A stretch of 25,434 bases of DNA from Gemmatimonadota bacterium (GTDB lineage Bacteria; Gemmatimonadota; Gemmatimonadetes; Palauibacterales; Palauibacteraceae). The DNA is taken from the NCBI GenBank assembly GCA_046758745.1, contig JBHIAV010000042.1, forward strand, positions 1 to 25,434. The letters are read 5' to 3'. Positions 1-9,277 of this stretch are shown piece by piece. A program made the translations under genes and the position numbers. Within the stretch, counting starts at the first letter, position 1. Each line of letters opens with the position of its first letter. The notes below the pieces were generated by a model. The model did not search any database. It was given only the letters and a program-made list of their open reading frames with translations, and was not told the DNA's origin.

Positions 1-1123
1 CGCGGCCGTCCACCGTGACGGCCTCGCCGCCGGTGCGGAGGCGCGCTCCCTCCTCCACTCCCGTCCGGATGTAGCCGAGCACCCGATCGTGCTGGCGCTT
101 CGAGATGATGGCGCCCAGACGGGTCTTCGGGTGCGTCGGGTCGCCGGGTGTCATCTTGCGAGAGCGCTCCACCAGGCGCTCTAGCAGCTCCTCGCGCACG
201 GACTCCTCGACGAAGAGCCGGGAGCCCGCCGCGCACACCTCACCCTTCCCGTAGAAGATCCCCATGGTCACGCCGCGCACCGCGGCGTCGAGGTCGGCAT
301 CCGCGAACACGACGTTCGGCGACTTCCCGCCCAGCTCGAGGGAGACCTTCTTCACCGTCTCGGCCGCCGTTCGCATCACCTCGCGCCCCGTCTCCGTGGA
401 GCCAGTGAAGGCGATCTTGTCCACTCCCGGGTGGGTGACGAGCGCCCGACCCGTGACGGGTCCACGTCCCGGCACCACGTTGAGGATGCCGGGAGGGAAC
501 CCGGCCTGTAGGGCCAGCTCTCCCAGGAGGAGGGCGGTGAGGGGCGTTTCCTCTGCCGGCTTCAACACGACGCCGTTTCCGCACGCCAGCGCCGGCGCCA
601 CCTTCCACGCCGCGAGGGAAAGGGGGAAGTTCCACGGCACGATCGCCCCGACCACACCGACCGGCTCGCGAAGGGTGTAGTTGAGGAAAGGGCCGGAGAC
701 GGGGATCGTCTCTCCGGTCAGCTTGTCCGCCCATCCGGCGTAGTAGCGGAAGTTCTCCACCACCGAAGGAAGGTCCACCTTCGCCGACTCGAAGGTCGGC
801 TTCCCGTTGTTGCGGGTCTCGACCGCGGCCAGGGCCTCCGCGTTCGCCTCGATGAGGTCGGAGAGCTTCCACAGAAGCTCGGCCCGCCGGTGCGGACTCA
901 TCTCCCGCCAACCCGGGTCGTTGAAAGCCTCCGCGGCGGAGCGTACCGCCGCGTCGACCTCGGCTTCGCCCGCCTCCTCGACCTCCGCGATGGTCTCCTC
1001 GGTCGCCGGATTGATCACCGGGAACCGGGCGCTACCGTCCCGCCACTCGCCCCCGATCAGGAGCTTCGTTCTCAGCTCGAGGGCCGTCTCCGACGCGCCG
1101 TCAAGCACCGTCGTGCCTTCCAT
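1..1123 (-). CDS. Aldehyde dehydrogenase family protein (3' end runs off the window)
   Basis: Not in the ORF track; translated by hand from ATG at 1123 (MEGTTVLDG...KLLIGGEW). Contains PWNFPL, LKPAEETP, IAFTGST, catalytic Glu in LELGGKSP and catalytic Cys in FYGKGEVCAAGSR. Confidence 0.95.
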   Translation of the reverse strand, partial: MEGTTVLDGASETALELRTKLLIGGEWRDGSARFPVINPATEETIAEVEEAGEAEVDAAVRSAAEAFNDPGWREMSPHRRAELLWKLSDLIEANAEALAAVETRNNGKPTFESAKVDLPSVVENFRYYAGWADKLTGETIPVSGPFLNYTLREPVGVVGAIVPWNFPLSLAAWKVAPALACGNGVVLKPAEETPLTALLLGELALQAGFPPGILNVVPGRGPVTGRALVTHPGVDKIAFTGSTETGREVMRTAAETVKKVSLELGGKSPNVVFADADLDAAVRGVTMGIFYGKGEVCAAGSRLFVEESVREELLERLVERSRKMTPGDPTHPKTRLGAIISKRQHDRVLGYIRTGVEEGARLRTGGEAVTVDGR

Positions 1124-1316
1124 CGTTCACCGTCCCTGTCAGGTCTGCGGCCTCTGGCTGGCGTCCGCTGCTTCTCCGTCGCTCGCTGGCGCGCACCTTT
1201 TCCTCGGAGCCTCCTCGGAGCTTCGCTCCTGCGGGGTCTCCTCGGGGCGCGCGAACGCTCGCTCCTGAGAGCATCGGACGCCGGCGGAGGGGCGCCGTAC
1301 TTCGGTCGGCTCCGAC

Positions 1317-2105
1317 CTATTTCCCCGCGAACTCCGGCTTCCGCTTCTCGATGTACGCGCTGAGTCCCTCCCGCGCGTCCTCGGACTGGAAGAGGAGCTG
1401 CTGCAGCTCGCGCTCGATCGCCAGCCCTTCCGAGAACGGCACCTCGATGCCGCTGCACACGGCCCGCTTGATCCGGCCCACCGCGCGCGATGCCTTGTGT
1501 GGCGGGGTGAACTGGCGAGCGTACTCCATCACCTGGGCGAAGAAGTCCTCACCCTCGATGACCCGGTTCACGACTCCAAGCTCGAGCGCTTCCTCGAAGG
1601 CGAAGGTGCGTCCTTCCGCCATCAGCTCGATCGCCTTCGACTTGCCGAGCATCCGGCCGAGCCGCTGCGTGCCGCCCGTGCCGGGGAGGACCCCCAGGTT
1701 CACCTCCGGGAGGCCGATCTTTCCACCGCCCTTCCTCGCCAGGCGGAGGTCGCACGCGAGCGCGATCTCCAGCCCGCCACCCACCGTGTGGCCGTTCAGC
1801 GCCCCGATGACGAGCTTCGGCGTCTGCTCGAGGCGGTTCAGCGTCTCGTTCGCGTGTAGACAGAAGAAATACTTGAAGTAGGGGTCGGCCGTCCGCAGCA
1901 TGTTGATGTCGGCGCCCGCCGAAAAGAACTTCTCGCCGGCCCCCCGAACGACGATCACGTGCACCGACTCGTCGAAGCGGGCCTCCAGGATCGCGTCGTC
2001 CATCTGACGCATCATCTCATGCGTGTACGTGTTGGCAGGCGGGTCGTCCATCGTGATGACGGCGATCCCGTCCTGGGTCTCGTATCGGATCAGCGTGTCG
2101 GCCAT
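1317..2105 (-). CDS. Enoyl-CoA hydratase/isomerase (crotonase) family protein
   Basis: Motifs FFSAGADI, GGGLEIALACD and GLPEVNLGVLPGTGGTQRL. Start moved to ATG 2105 (MADTLIRY), which is preceded by an AAGAGG RBS. Confidence 0.93.
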   Translation of the reverse strand: MADTLIRYETQDGIAVITMDDPPANTYTHEMMRQMDDAILEARFDESVHVIVVRGAGEKFFSAGADINMLRTADPYFKYFFCLHANETLNRLEQTPKLVIGALNGHTVGGGLEIALACDLRLARKGGGKIGLPEVNLGVLPGTGGTQRLGRMLGKSKAIELMAEGRTFAFEEALELGVVNRVIEGEDFFAQVMEYARQFTPPHKASRAVGRIKRAVCSGIEVPFSEGLAIERELQQLLFQSEDAREGLSAYIEKRKPEFAGK

Positions 2106-2404
2106 TGCGTCCTCTTTCGGGTGTTCGGCTTTCCCGTGTTGCCGGGATCTCGTGCATCGGCGGTGCGGGGCAGGAGGTACCCCCCGGCGCACCGGCTCGT
2201 GCCGCCGACCAGGTATAACCTTGCGCAAAACTTCAAGCTATCGAAGGATCATCTTGCACGACAAGGCGTCGCGGAAGGCGGGACGGATTGGCCGCCGGGT
2301 GAGACCGGCGACCCGAGGAGGCGGGCAGCGGCCGTCCCCGAAGGCCGCCAGGTCCGAGGACCTGACTTGGATTCCGGATCTCTCCGCGCTACTCTTCAGA
2401 CGCC

Positions 2405-3808
2405 ATGAACCGCTGCTGTCCGGGCTCGACCTGCCATCGGAGGCGAGGGGTCCGAGCCCTCGTTCTTCTCCTCAGCTCAGCAGGGATCTCCCTTGCCGTA
2501 TCCCCTCGTGCGCTCCCCCAGTCCGGTGCGCCCGAGATCTACCGCGTCCCCGTGAGCGGGACGATCGAGCTGGGCCTCGCTCCGTTCGTCGAGCGCTCTC
2601 TCGAGGAGGCGGCCGAAGCCGGCGCCGGGGCGGTCGTCCTCGACATCGACACGCCCGGGGGGCGTATCGACGCGGCATGGGAGATCATCGACGCGGTACG
2701 CGACTCGCCGGTGCCGGTGTACGCCTTCGTGAATCGGCGCGCCCTCTCCGCCGGCGCGATGATCGCCCTCTCGGCGCGCGGGCTGTACATGCGGCCCGGC
2801 TCGACCCTTGGCGCCGCTACCCCGGTCACCGGCGAGGGCAAGAGGGCATCCGAGAAGATGGTGAGTGCGATGCGCTCGGAGTTCCGCGCGCTGGCCGAGG
2901 AGCGCGGCTTCGACCCGAGGCTCGCCGAAGCGATGGTGGACGAGTCGGTCGAGGTGGAAGGCGTGGTCGAGGAGGGCCGGCTCCTCACCCTCACCACGGA
3001 GGAGGCGGTTCGCCTCGGCGTGGCCACGGCGGAGGTCGGCGATTACGGGGCGCTCCTCGCCGTGCTCGGGCTCGCCGGGGCCACGAGCGTCGAGATGCGG
3101 CCCAACTGGGCGGAAGGCCTCGTACGTTTCCTGACCAACCCGGTTCTCGCTCCCTTCCTCCTGAGCCTCGGCTTCCTGGGCCTGCTCATCGAGATCAAGA
3201 CGCCGACCTTCGGCGTCGCCGGAGCGGTCGGGCTATTTTGCCTGGCGGCGTTCTTCGGGGCCCGCTTCCTCGTGAACCTGGCGGGCTGGGAGGAGATGAT
3301 CCTCCTGGCGGTCGGTGTCGTTCTGGTGGCGGCGGAGATCCTGATCATTCCGGGGTTCGGGTTCGCCGGTGCGCTTGGAAGCCTGGCCATCCTGTCGAGC
3401 GCCGTTCTCAGCATGGTAGGGAGGTTTGCCACGGTGTCCGATGTCGTCCACGCCGTCGGTTGGGTGTCGCTCGCGATCCTGGTGCTCGCGGCAATGGCGT
3501 TCGCCCTCCTCCGACACCTCCCCCACAGCCGGGGCCTGTCGGGGGTCTTTCTCAAGCGCGCGACGAGCCGGGAGACGGGATACCTGTCGGCGCCGGACCG
3601 GAGCGATCTGGAGGGCAAGATCGGTACGGCACTCACGGACCTCCGACCCTCGGGCACGGCGCTCATCGGAGAGGAGCGGGTGGACGTGGTGACCGAGGGT
3701 CCGTGGATCGAGAGCGGGGCACGCGTGATCGTCCTGCGTGCGGAGGGGTACCGCCATCTGGTGCGCGAGGTGGATGAAGAGGATATGGCCTCCAGCCGCG
3801 AGCCTTGA
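2405..3808 (+). CDS. nfeD: Long-form NfeD/YqeZ family membrane protein (ClpP-like N-domain, TM region, C-terminal OB-fold)
   Basis: IDTPGG, ALSAGA (Ser), SEKMVSAMR (Lys), a hydrophobic middle region and C-terminal TDLRPSG...VDVVTEG. Lies directly upstream of floA. Exact start uncertain. Confidence 0.9.
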   Translation: MNRCCPGSTCHRRRGVRALVLLLSSAGISLAVSPRALPQSGAPEIYRVPVSGTIELGLAPFVERSLEEAAEAGAGAVVLDIDTPGGRIDAAWEIIDAVRDSPVPVYAFVNRRALSAGAMIALSARGLYMRPGSTLGAATPVTGEGKRASEKMVSAMRSEFRALAEERGFDPRLAEAMVDESVEVEGVVEEGRLLTLTTEEAVRLGVATAEVGDYGALLAVLGLAGATSVEMRPNWAEGLVRFLTNPVLAPFLLSLGFLGLLIEIKTPTFGVAGAVGLFCLAAFFGARFLVNLAGWEEMILLAVGVVLVAAEILIIPGFGFAGALGSLAILSSAVLSMVGRFATVSDVVHAVGWVSLAILVLAAMAFALLRHLPHSRGLSGVFLKRATSRETGYLSAPDRSDLEGKIGTALTDLRPSGTALIGEERVDVVTEGPWIESGARVIVLRAEGYRHLVREVDEEDMASSREP

Positions 3809-3838
3809 GAACAAACCGATTGAGATTGAGGGATCCAC

Positions 3839-4822
3839 ATGACCGACCTTACAGCGATCCTCCCGCTTCTCCTTCTGACCGCGGCCTTTATCCTGCTCAT
3901 GATCATCGGCTGGGCCGTGCCGGTGCGGCTGTGGGTCGAGGCGTTCGCGAGCGGCGTGTACGTGAAGCTCGGAAACCTCGTCGGGATGCGGCTTCGGAAG
4001 GTGAGCCCGCCGGCGATCATCCGGCCGCTCATCGCCGCCACCAAGGCCGGCCTGAAGCTGGACGTGGACGAGCTCGAGGCGCACTTCCTCGCGGGGGGCG
4101 AGGTGCAGCGGGTGGCGAACGCGCTCATCTCGGCGGACAAGGCGAACATCGACCTCGCGTTCACGCAGGCCGCGGCGATCGACCTGGCCGGCCGGGATGT
4201 GTTCGAGGCGGTGCAGGTCTCGGTGAACCCGAAGGTGATCCAGACGCCCAAGGTCGCGGCGATGGCCAAGGACGGGATCCAGCTCATCGCCCTGGCCCGG
4301 GTGACCGTGCGCGCCAACATCAACCGGCTGGTCGGGGGCGCCGGGGAGGAGACGATACTCGCGCGGGTCGGCGAGGGGATCGTGAGCACGATCGGCTCCG
4401 CCGAATCGCACAAGGCAGTGCTCGAGAACCCGGACAAGATCTCCAAGACCGTGCTCGCCAAGGGACTCGACAGCGGCACGGCGTTCGAGATCCTCTCCAT
4501 CGACATCGCCGATGTCGACGTCGGGAAGAACATCGGGGCGGCGCTGCAGATCGACCAGGCCGAGGCGGACAAGCAGATCGCCCAGGCGAAGGCGGAAGAG
4601 AGGCGGGCGCTCGCGGTGGCACTGGAGCAGGAGAACCGCGCCCGCGTCGAGGAGATGCGTGCCGAGGTGGTGAAGGCGGAAGCGGAGGTGCCGCGGGCGC
4701 TCTCCGAGGCGTTCCGGGCCGGCCGGCTCGGCGTGATGGACTACATGCGGTACCGGAACGTCGAGGCCGACACGCGCATGCGCCACTCGATCGCCGGCGG
4801 CAAGGAAGGCGGAGAGGGCTGA
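3839..4822 (+). CDS. floA: Flotillin-like protein FloA (YqfA family)
   Basis: Highly characteristic [47 protein letters not shown] and [20 protein letters not shown] upstream. Confidence 0.96.
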   Translation: MTDLTAILPLLLLTAAFILLMIIGWAVPVRLWVEAFASGVYVKLGNLVGMRLRKVSPPAIIRPLIAATKAGLKLDVDELEAHFLAGGEVQRVANALISADKANIDLAFTQAAAIDLAGRDVFEAVQVSVNPKVIQTPKVAAMAKDGIQLIALARVTVRANINRLVGGAGEETILARVGEGIVSTIGSAESHKAVLENPDKISKTVLAKGLDSGTAFEILSIDIADVDVGKNIGAALQIDQAEADKQIAQAKAEERRALAVALEQENRARVEEMRAEVVKAEAEVPRALSEAFRAGRLGVMDYMRYRNVEADTRMRHSIAGGKEGGEG

Positions 4823-4885
4823 TGGACATGGCCGCCGCGATGGTACCGAGGGCACCGCGCCGCGCGGCCACCGGTCGAGGGTAGA

Positions 4886-5530
4886 GTGGATCCCTTCCTT
4901 CTTCTCATCGGGCTTCTCATCTACTGGGTGATCCGGAGCGCGACAGCGCAGCGGCGGAGCCGTCCCGGCGGTCCCGGGGGCGGCGGGGAGGAGGGGGAAG
5001 GGGCCGAGGGGGATCTCCTCGACCCGATCGAGGCCGCCCAGCAGCGGGCGCTCGAAGCGCTCCAGCGGTGGGAGGCGGGACAGCGCGCGCGCGCTGCTAA
5101 GAGAGAAACCCCGCCCGAGGCCCCGCCGCGCGAGCCCCATCCGGTCACCCGGCCGCGAGTGCTCGAGCCGATGGCCCGGCCGGAATGGACGACGCTCCCT
5201 CCGCTAACGTTGCCGCCCGCGGCGCCCTCGCCGGCTCGGGGACGCGCCGCCCCCCGCCCTGCCCCATCTCCCGAGATCAGCCGGCGAGAGCCGCCGACGG
5301 GCTCACCTCCGGCGGTCCCGGGGGCGCCGCGCGAAGCCTACGCGTTGCCGACGGGCGCAGGTCCTCGCCCCGCGGCCTCCGCGCCGCCGCCGGCCGGCCG
5401 GCCCGACGAAGCGCCCCGAGAAGCCACCGGGGAGGCCGCTCTGCGGGCCCTCTTGCGCCTCCCTCCGCTTCACCGGGCGATCGTATTCCAGGAGATCTTC
5501 GGCGCGCCGGTATCGCTCCGGGAGCGCTGA
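4886..5530 (+). CDS. Hypothetical Pro-rich membrane-anchored protein, at the yqfB position of the nfeD-floA operon
   Basis: N-terminal TM segment, Pro/Ala-rich linker and C-terminal LHRAIVFQEIFGAPVSLR motif of the kind seen in the third gene of floA operons. GTG start after GAGGG. Confidence 0.75.
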   Translation: MDPFLLLIGLLIYWVIRSATAQRRSRPGGPGGGGEEGEGAEGDLLDPIEAAQQRALEALQRWEAGQRARAAKRETPPEAPPREPHPVTRPRVLEPMARPEWTTLPPLTLPPAAPSPARGRAAPRPAPSPEISRREPPTGSPPAVPGAPREAYALPTGAGPRPAASAPPPAGRPDEAPREATGEAALRALLRLPPLHRAIVFQEIFGAPVSLRER

Positions 5531-5558
5531 GCGCGCCGAAAGCGTCCCCCCCGGCACA

Positions 5559-6659
5559 TCACGCCAGGGAAGCCGGACCGCTGACCTCCTCGATGCCGGG
5601 CCTCGGCGGGCCGGTGAGGAGGTGCAGGAAGTGCTCGAAGAGCCCTGGCCGTCGGGCCAACGTGGCGACGAGGCGGCGGCGGAGCATGGGCCGGAGGGCC
5701 ACCGCCAGGAGGAGCCGGGTCCCCCAGTAGTAGCGGCGAGTGAGCCGGCGATACGCCCGTTCGTAAGCGGCGAGGGAGCCGGCCCGGGCCACGGTCTCCA
5801 CCAGGGCGCCCGCGCAGTCGAAAGCCAGGGCCACCCCCTCGCCCGTGAGGGGATCGAGGAACCCGGCCGCGTCGCCGACGAGGGCCACCCCGTCGGCGTA
5901 GCGTCGCGTCACCTCCTGCCGGAGCGGGCCGGCTCCGAGCGCCTCGCTCGTGGTCGGGATCCCGGCGAGCCTCTCTCGCAGCCCCGGAAACCGTTCGAGG
6001 AGCTGCGGGAAGCGGGAGCCGTCGCCTCCCCACAGCACGGCCACACCCACGCTTTCGGGACCCACCGGCGTCACGTACGCTTCCGCGCCGTCGGACCAGT
6101 GGACCTCGACGAGGTCGGACCACGGCCGGATCCTGAAGTGCCTGCGCACCCCGTAGCGCAAAGGGCCCGAGGACGGCTTCGCCAGCCCCGCCTGCGCGCG
6201 GATCCTGCTGTGCAATCCGTCGGCTCCGATCAGCAGGACGCCCCGCAGCACGCCGCCGCTCGTCCGCACCACGACCCGGCGGTCCCCCTCCCGCTTCCAC
6301 CCCTCCACCGCGCAGCCGTAGCGCAGGTCAGCGCCCAGCCGGCGCGCTCTTGACACCAGCCCCTCGATGAGCGCCGTCCGACGCACGCCGAGGCCGCGCC
6401 CGCCCCGGAAGCGCGCCTCCGCGACCTCGTCCGTTCGGATATAGCGGATCCCGAAGAAGGGCGCGCGGCCCCATGCCGGCACTTCCACGTCCATCTCGGA
6501 GAGCGCGGCCACACCGCGGGGCATGAGCCCCTCGCCGCACGCCTTGTCCAGAGGGAGGTCGCGACGGTCGAGGACCACCACGGAGAGTCCGCGTTTCGTT
6601 CCGTGGATCGCGGTGGCCAGCCCGGCCGGGCCGCCCCCCACCACGATGAGATCAAACAC
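5559..6659 (-). CDS. FAD-dependent oxidoreductase/monooxygenase (SrsC-like) of the type III PKS cluster
   Basis: VVGGGPAG Rossmann motif, DKACGEGLMP, IGADGLHS and LVGDAAGFLDPLTGEG. Overlaps the FAAL stop by 8 bp. Confidence 0.9.
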   Translation of the reverse strand: MFDLIVVGGGPAGLATAIHGTKRGLSVVVLDRRDLPLDKACGEGLMPRGVAALSEMDVEVPAWGRAPFFGIRYIRTDEVAEARFRGGRGLGVRRTALIEGLVSRARRLGADLRYGCAVEGWKREGDRRVVVRTSGGVLRGVLLIGADGLHSRIRAQAGLAKPSSGPLRYGVRRHFRIRPWSDLVEVHWSDGAEAYVTPVGPESVGVAVLWGGDGSRFPQLLERFPGLRERLAGIPTTSEALGAGPLRQEVTRRYADGVALVGDAAGFLDPLTGEGVALAFDCAGALVETVARAGSLAAYERAYRRLTRRYYWGTRLLLAVALRPMLRRRLVATLARRPGLFEHFLHLLTGPPRPGIEEVSGPASLA

Positions 6660-8427
6660 CGCCCCGTCGCGCGATCGCCTCGCGCAGCGTGGACACGGCC
6701 ATCTCGCGCAGGAGGGTGAACCGGCCGGCCCGCCTGGGCGGTCGGAGCGTCCCCGCCAGGTGGCGCCGCCGCGCCTCGGCCCGCCGGATCTTGCCGCTCG
6801 ACGTGCGAGGGAGGGTGCCCGGCTCGAGTACCACTACCTGGGCGGGCACGAGACCCGTATGGAGCGCGATCCGCCGGGTCGCCGCATCGGCGAGGGACTC
6901 GTCATCGGGAGCGGCGCTGCGCGCCCGCTCGATGAGAACCACGAGCTGCTCTCCGTCGGAGTTCTCGGGGACCACGCCCAACGCGGCGACGCAGCCCTTT
7001 CGCACGCCGTCGAGCGGGTCGAGGCACTGCTCGATGAGCTGGGGAGGATACTTGCGGCCTCGCACGACAATCATGTCCTTCCGGCGCCCGTGCAGGAAGA
7101 GCCTGCCGTCGTGCATGAAGCCGAGGTCACCCGTGTCGAGCCAGCCGGCGCGGAGCACTGCCGCCGTCTCCTCCGGCATCTCGTGGTAGCCCTGCATCAC
7201 GGCCTCCCCGCGCACCAGCACCCGACCCACCCTTTCGGCCGCCACCTCCTCGCCACGGTCGTCCACGATGCGGATCGCCAATCCGGGAAGGGGCCTGCCG
7301 ACGCTCACCAGGGGCACGCCGCCGGCAGCCGGGCGAGCGGTCCCCTCGGCCTCCAGGGCCTGGCGGTCGAAGGATTCCCACGCGAACGGTGCCCGCAGGT
7401 CGCCGAAGGTGACGGCGAGGGTCGCTTCGGCCAGGCCGTATACCGGCGTCAGCGCCGACGCCCTCAGGCCGAAGGGCGCGAACCGGCGGATGAACCGCTG
7501 CAGAACGCTCGGCGTGACCGGCTCCGCGCCGTTCAGGGCGACCCGCCAGCAGGAGAGGTCCACGCCGTCCAGCTCTTCGTCGCGAATACGGTCTGCGCAC
7601 AAGGCATACGCGAAGTTGGGAGCCGGACTGACCGTCCCGCGGTATCGGGAGATGGTGCGGAGCCAGATCGCCGGTCGGCTCACGAACACCTCTGGGGGGA
7701 TGAGCGTCAGGTCGGCCGGGTGCATGATGGCCGTGATCACGCAGCCCACCAGGCCCATGTCGTGGTAGAGCGGCACCCAGCCGACTCCGGCGTGCGTGAG
7801 CCCGGGCCCCTCCGGGTAGGCGGAGATGATGGCCGACTGGACGGCGCCGGCGTTCGTGAGGACGTTGCGGTGGGTGAGCCGGATCGGCTTCGGAACCGCG
7901 GTGGTGCCTGATGAGAACTGGATGAAGGCCGGCTCGCCGGCCGAGCACTCGTCCGGCCGGGCCCGTCGCCGGGGCATGTCCTCCACGGTCAGGCAACCGA
8001 AATCCGGGCGGGCCCGCGCGATGGTGCGGCCCAGGAGCCGCCGAAGCCGCCGGTCCGTCACGACCAGCCGGGCGCCGCAGCGCACGAGCATGGAGGCGGT
8101 GTCGGCGTGGTATTCGGCCAGGCGGCCGAGCCGCACCGGTGGGTACAGGGGCACGGGAACCATGCCGGCCAGGACGGCGCCGAAGAACGACTCGCAGAAC
8201 GCCGGGCTCGTGGGGAGGACGAGCGCCACGCGGTCCCCCCTGCGGAGCCCGAGGGCGTGCAGGCCGCCCGCGATTCTCCGGGCGCCCTCATACAGCTCCT
8301 CGTAGCTGTGGAAGGATGCCCTCTCCGAGCGGTCCACGAAGCGTATGCCGCGCCCGCATCCGGCGGCCCGCTCGAGCACCTGGCCCAGAGTCTCGTTGGC
8401 CGGGCGGCCTGCCAGCTCCTCCCTCAT
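6652..8427 (-). CDS. Fatty acyl-AMP ligase (FAAL)
   Basis: FIQFSSGTT..PK, WVPLYHDMGL, APNFAYALC, NGAEPV, YGLAEATL, GWLDTGDLG and PRTSSGKIRR. Adjacent to an ACP with an ATGA overlap. Confidence 0.92.
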   Translation of the reverse strand: MREELAGRPANETLGQVLERAAGCGRGIRFVDRSERASFHSYEELYEGARRIAGGLHALGLRRGDRVALVLPTSPAFCESFFGAVLAGMVPVPLYPPVRLGRLAEYHADTASMLVRCGARLVVTDRRLRRLLGRTIARARPDFGCLTVEDMPRRRARPDECSAGEPAFIQFSSGTTAVPKPIRLTHRNVLTNAGAVQSAIISAYPEGPGLTHAGVGWVPLYHDMGLVGCVITAIMHPADLTLIPPEVFVSRPAIWLRTISRYRGTVSPAPNFAYALCADRIRDEELDGVDLSCWRVALNGAEPVTPSVLQRFIRRFAPFGLRASALTPVYGLAEATLAVTFGDLRAPFAWESFDRQALEAEGTARPAAGGVPLVSVGRPLPGLAIRIVDDRGEEVAAERVGRVLVRGEAVMQGYHEMPEETAAVLRAGWLDTGDLGFMHDGRLFLHGRRKDMIVVRGRKYPPQLIEQCLDPLDGVRKGCVAALGVVPENSDGEQLVVLIERARSAAPDDESLADAATRRIALHTGLVPAQVVVLEPGTLPRTSSGKIRRAEARRRHLAGTLRPPRRAGRFTLLREMAVSTLREAIARRGGV

Positions 8428-8705
8428 GCCGTACCGCCGAGCGCATGCTCACCATTGGGGTCTCGCGCGTCGAGACGCTGCCGGATGAGGCGGACCACGT
8501 CCCCTATCGTCACGATCCCCTCCTCGTCCTCCGGTGCGAAGCAGATCCGAAAGTGATTCTCGAGCTCCACCACCAAGGCGATCCGCTTGAGAGAGTCGAG
8601 CTGAAGATCGGAGAGCACGTTGGTCCCCAGGTCGACCGGCGTCTCGATCTCGAGCCTGGCGCGGAGAACCCGGCGAACCCCTTCCAGGACCTCCGCTTCC
8701 GTCAC
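8424..8705 (-). CDS. Acyl carrier protein
   Basis: C-terminal 93 aa of ORF 8424..9197, from GTG 8705 (GGGGGAG RBS; GTGA overlap with the upstream stop). Phosphopantetheine motif DLQLDSL..IALVVELE. Confidence 0.9.
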   Translation of the reverse strand: MTEAEVLEGVRRVLRARLEIETPVDLGTNVLSDLQLDSLKRIALVVELENHFRICFAPEDEEGIVTIGDVVRLIRQRLDARDPNGEHALGGTA

Positions 8706-9277
8706 CGCTCCCCCGGACGGGTGCGGAGCGGGAGAAACCGCGGCCGCCCGCCCAGCCTCCGCGCGTAGTCGGCGTGCGCCCGCAGGGCCTCCTCTTCGCA
8801 GCGGATGCGGACCGCGAGCAGTGCGGCGTTCAGGACCGTGAAACACACCGCGGTGATCCACGCGGAGTGGATGAGCGGCACGGCGAAGCCCTCGAGTATG
8901 ACGGCGACATAGTTGGGATGCCGCACGTACCGATACGGCCCGCGATCGACGGCGGGCACGCCCGGGATCACGATCACCCGAACGTTCCATCGACGCCCCA
9001 GCGCGGCGATGGCCCAGTAGCGAAGGACCTGCGAGGCGAGGGCGAGGGCGAGCATCGGGAAGCCGAGGGCGAGACGAAACGGACGTCTCAGAAACGCGAC
9101 CTCCGCCGCGCACGCGAGGAAGAACGCCGTGTGCAGCAGCTGCATGGCCCGAAAGTGACGCTGCCCGACCTCGATCCCGCCCTGTCCGAGGGCCCACGCC
9201 GCGTTCCGGCGGCTGATCGAAAGCTCCACGAGGCGCTCGGAGACGAGGAGCAGCAGAAAGCCGAAGTACAGTTTCAC
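8702..9277 (-). CDS. Isoprenylcysteine carboxyl methyltransferase (ICMT) family protein, SrsB/BpsB-like
   Basis: C-terminal part of ORF 8702..9985 from GTG 9277 (GTGA overlap with the PKS stop). Motifs ERLVEL..SRRN, LRYWAI..LG.RWN.RV, GPYRYVRHPNY and RIRCEEEAL. Confidence 0.92.
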   Translation of the reverse strand: MKLYFGFLLLLVSERLVELSISRRNAAWALGQGGIEVGQRHFRAMQLLHTAFFLACAAEVAFLRRPFRLALGFPMLALALASQVLRYWAIAALGRRWNVRVIVIPGVPAVDRGPYRYVRHPNYVAVILEGFAVPLIHSAWITAVCFTVLNAALLAVRIRCEEEALRAHADYARRLGGRPRFLPLRTRPGER

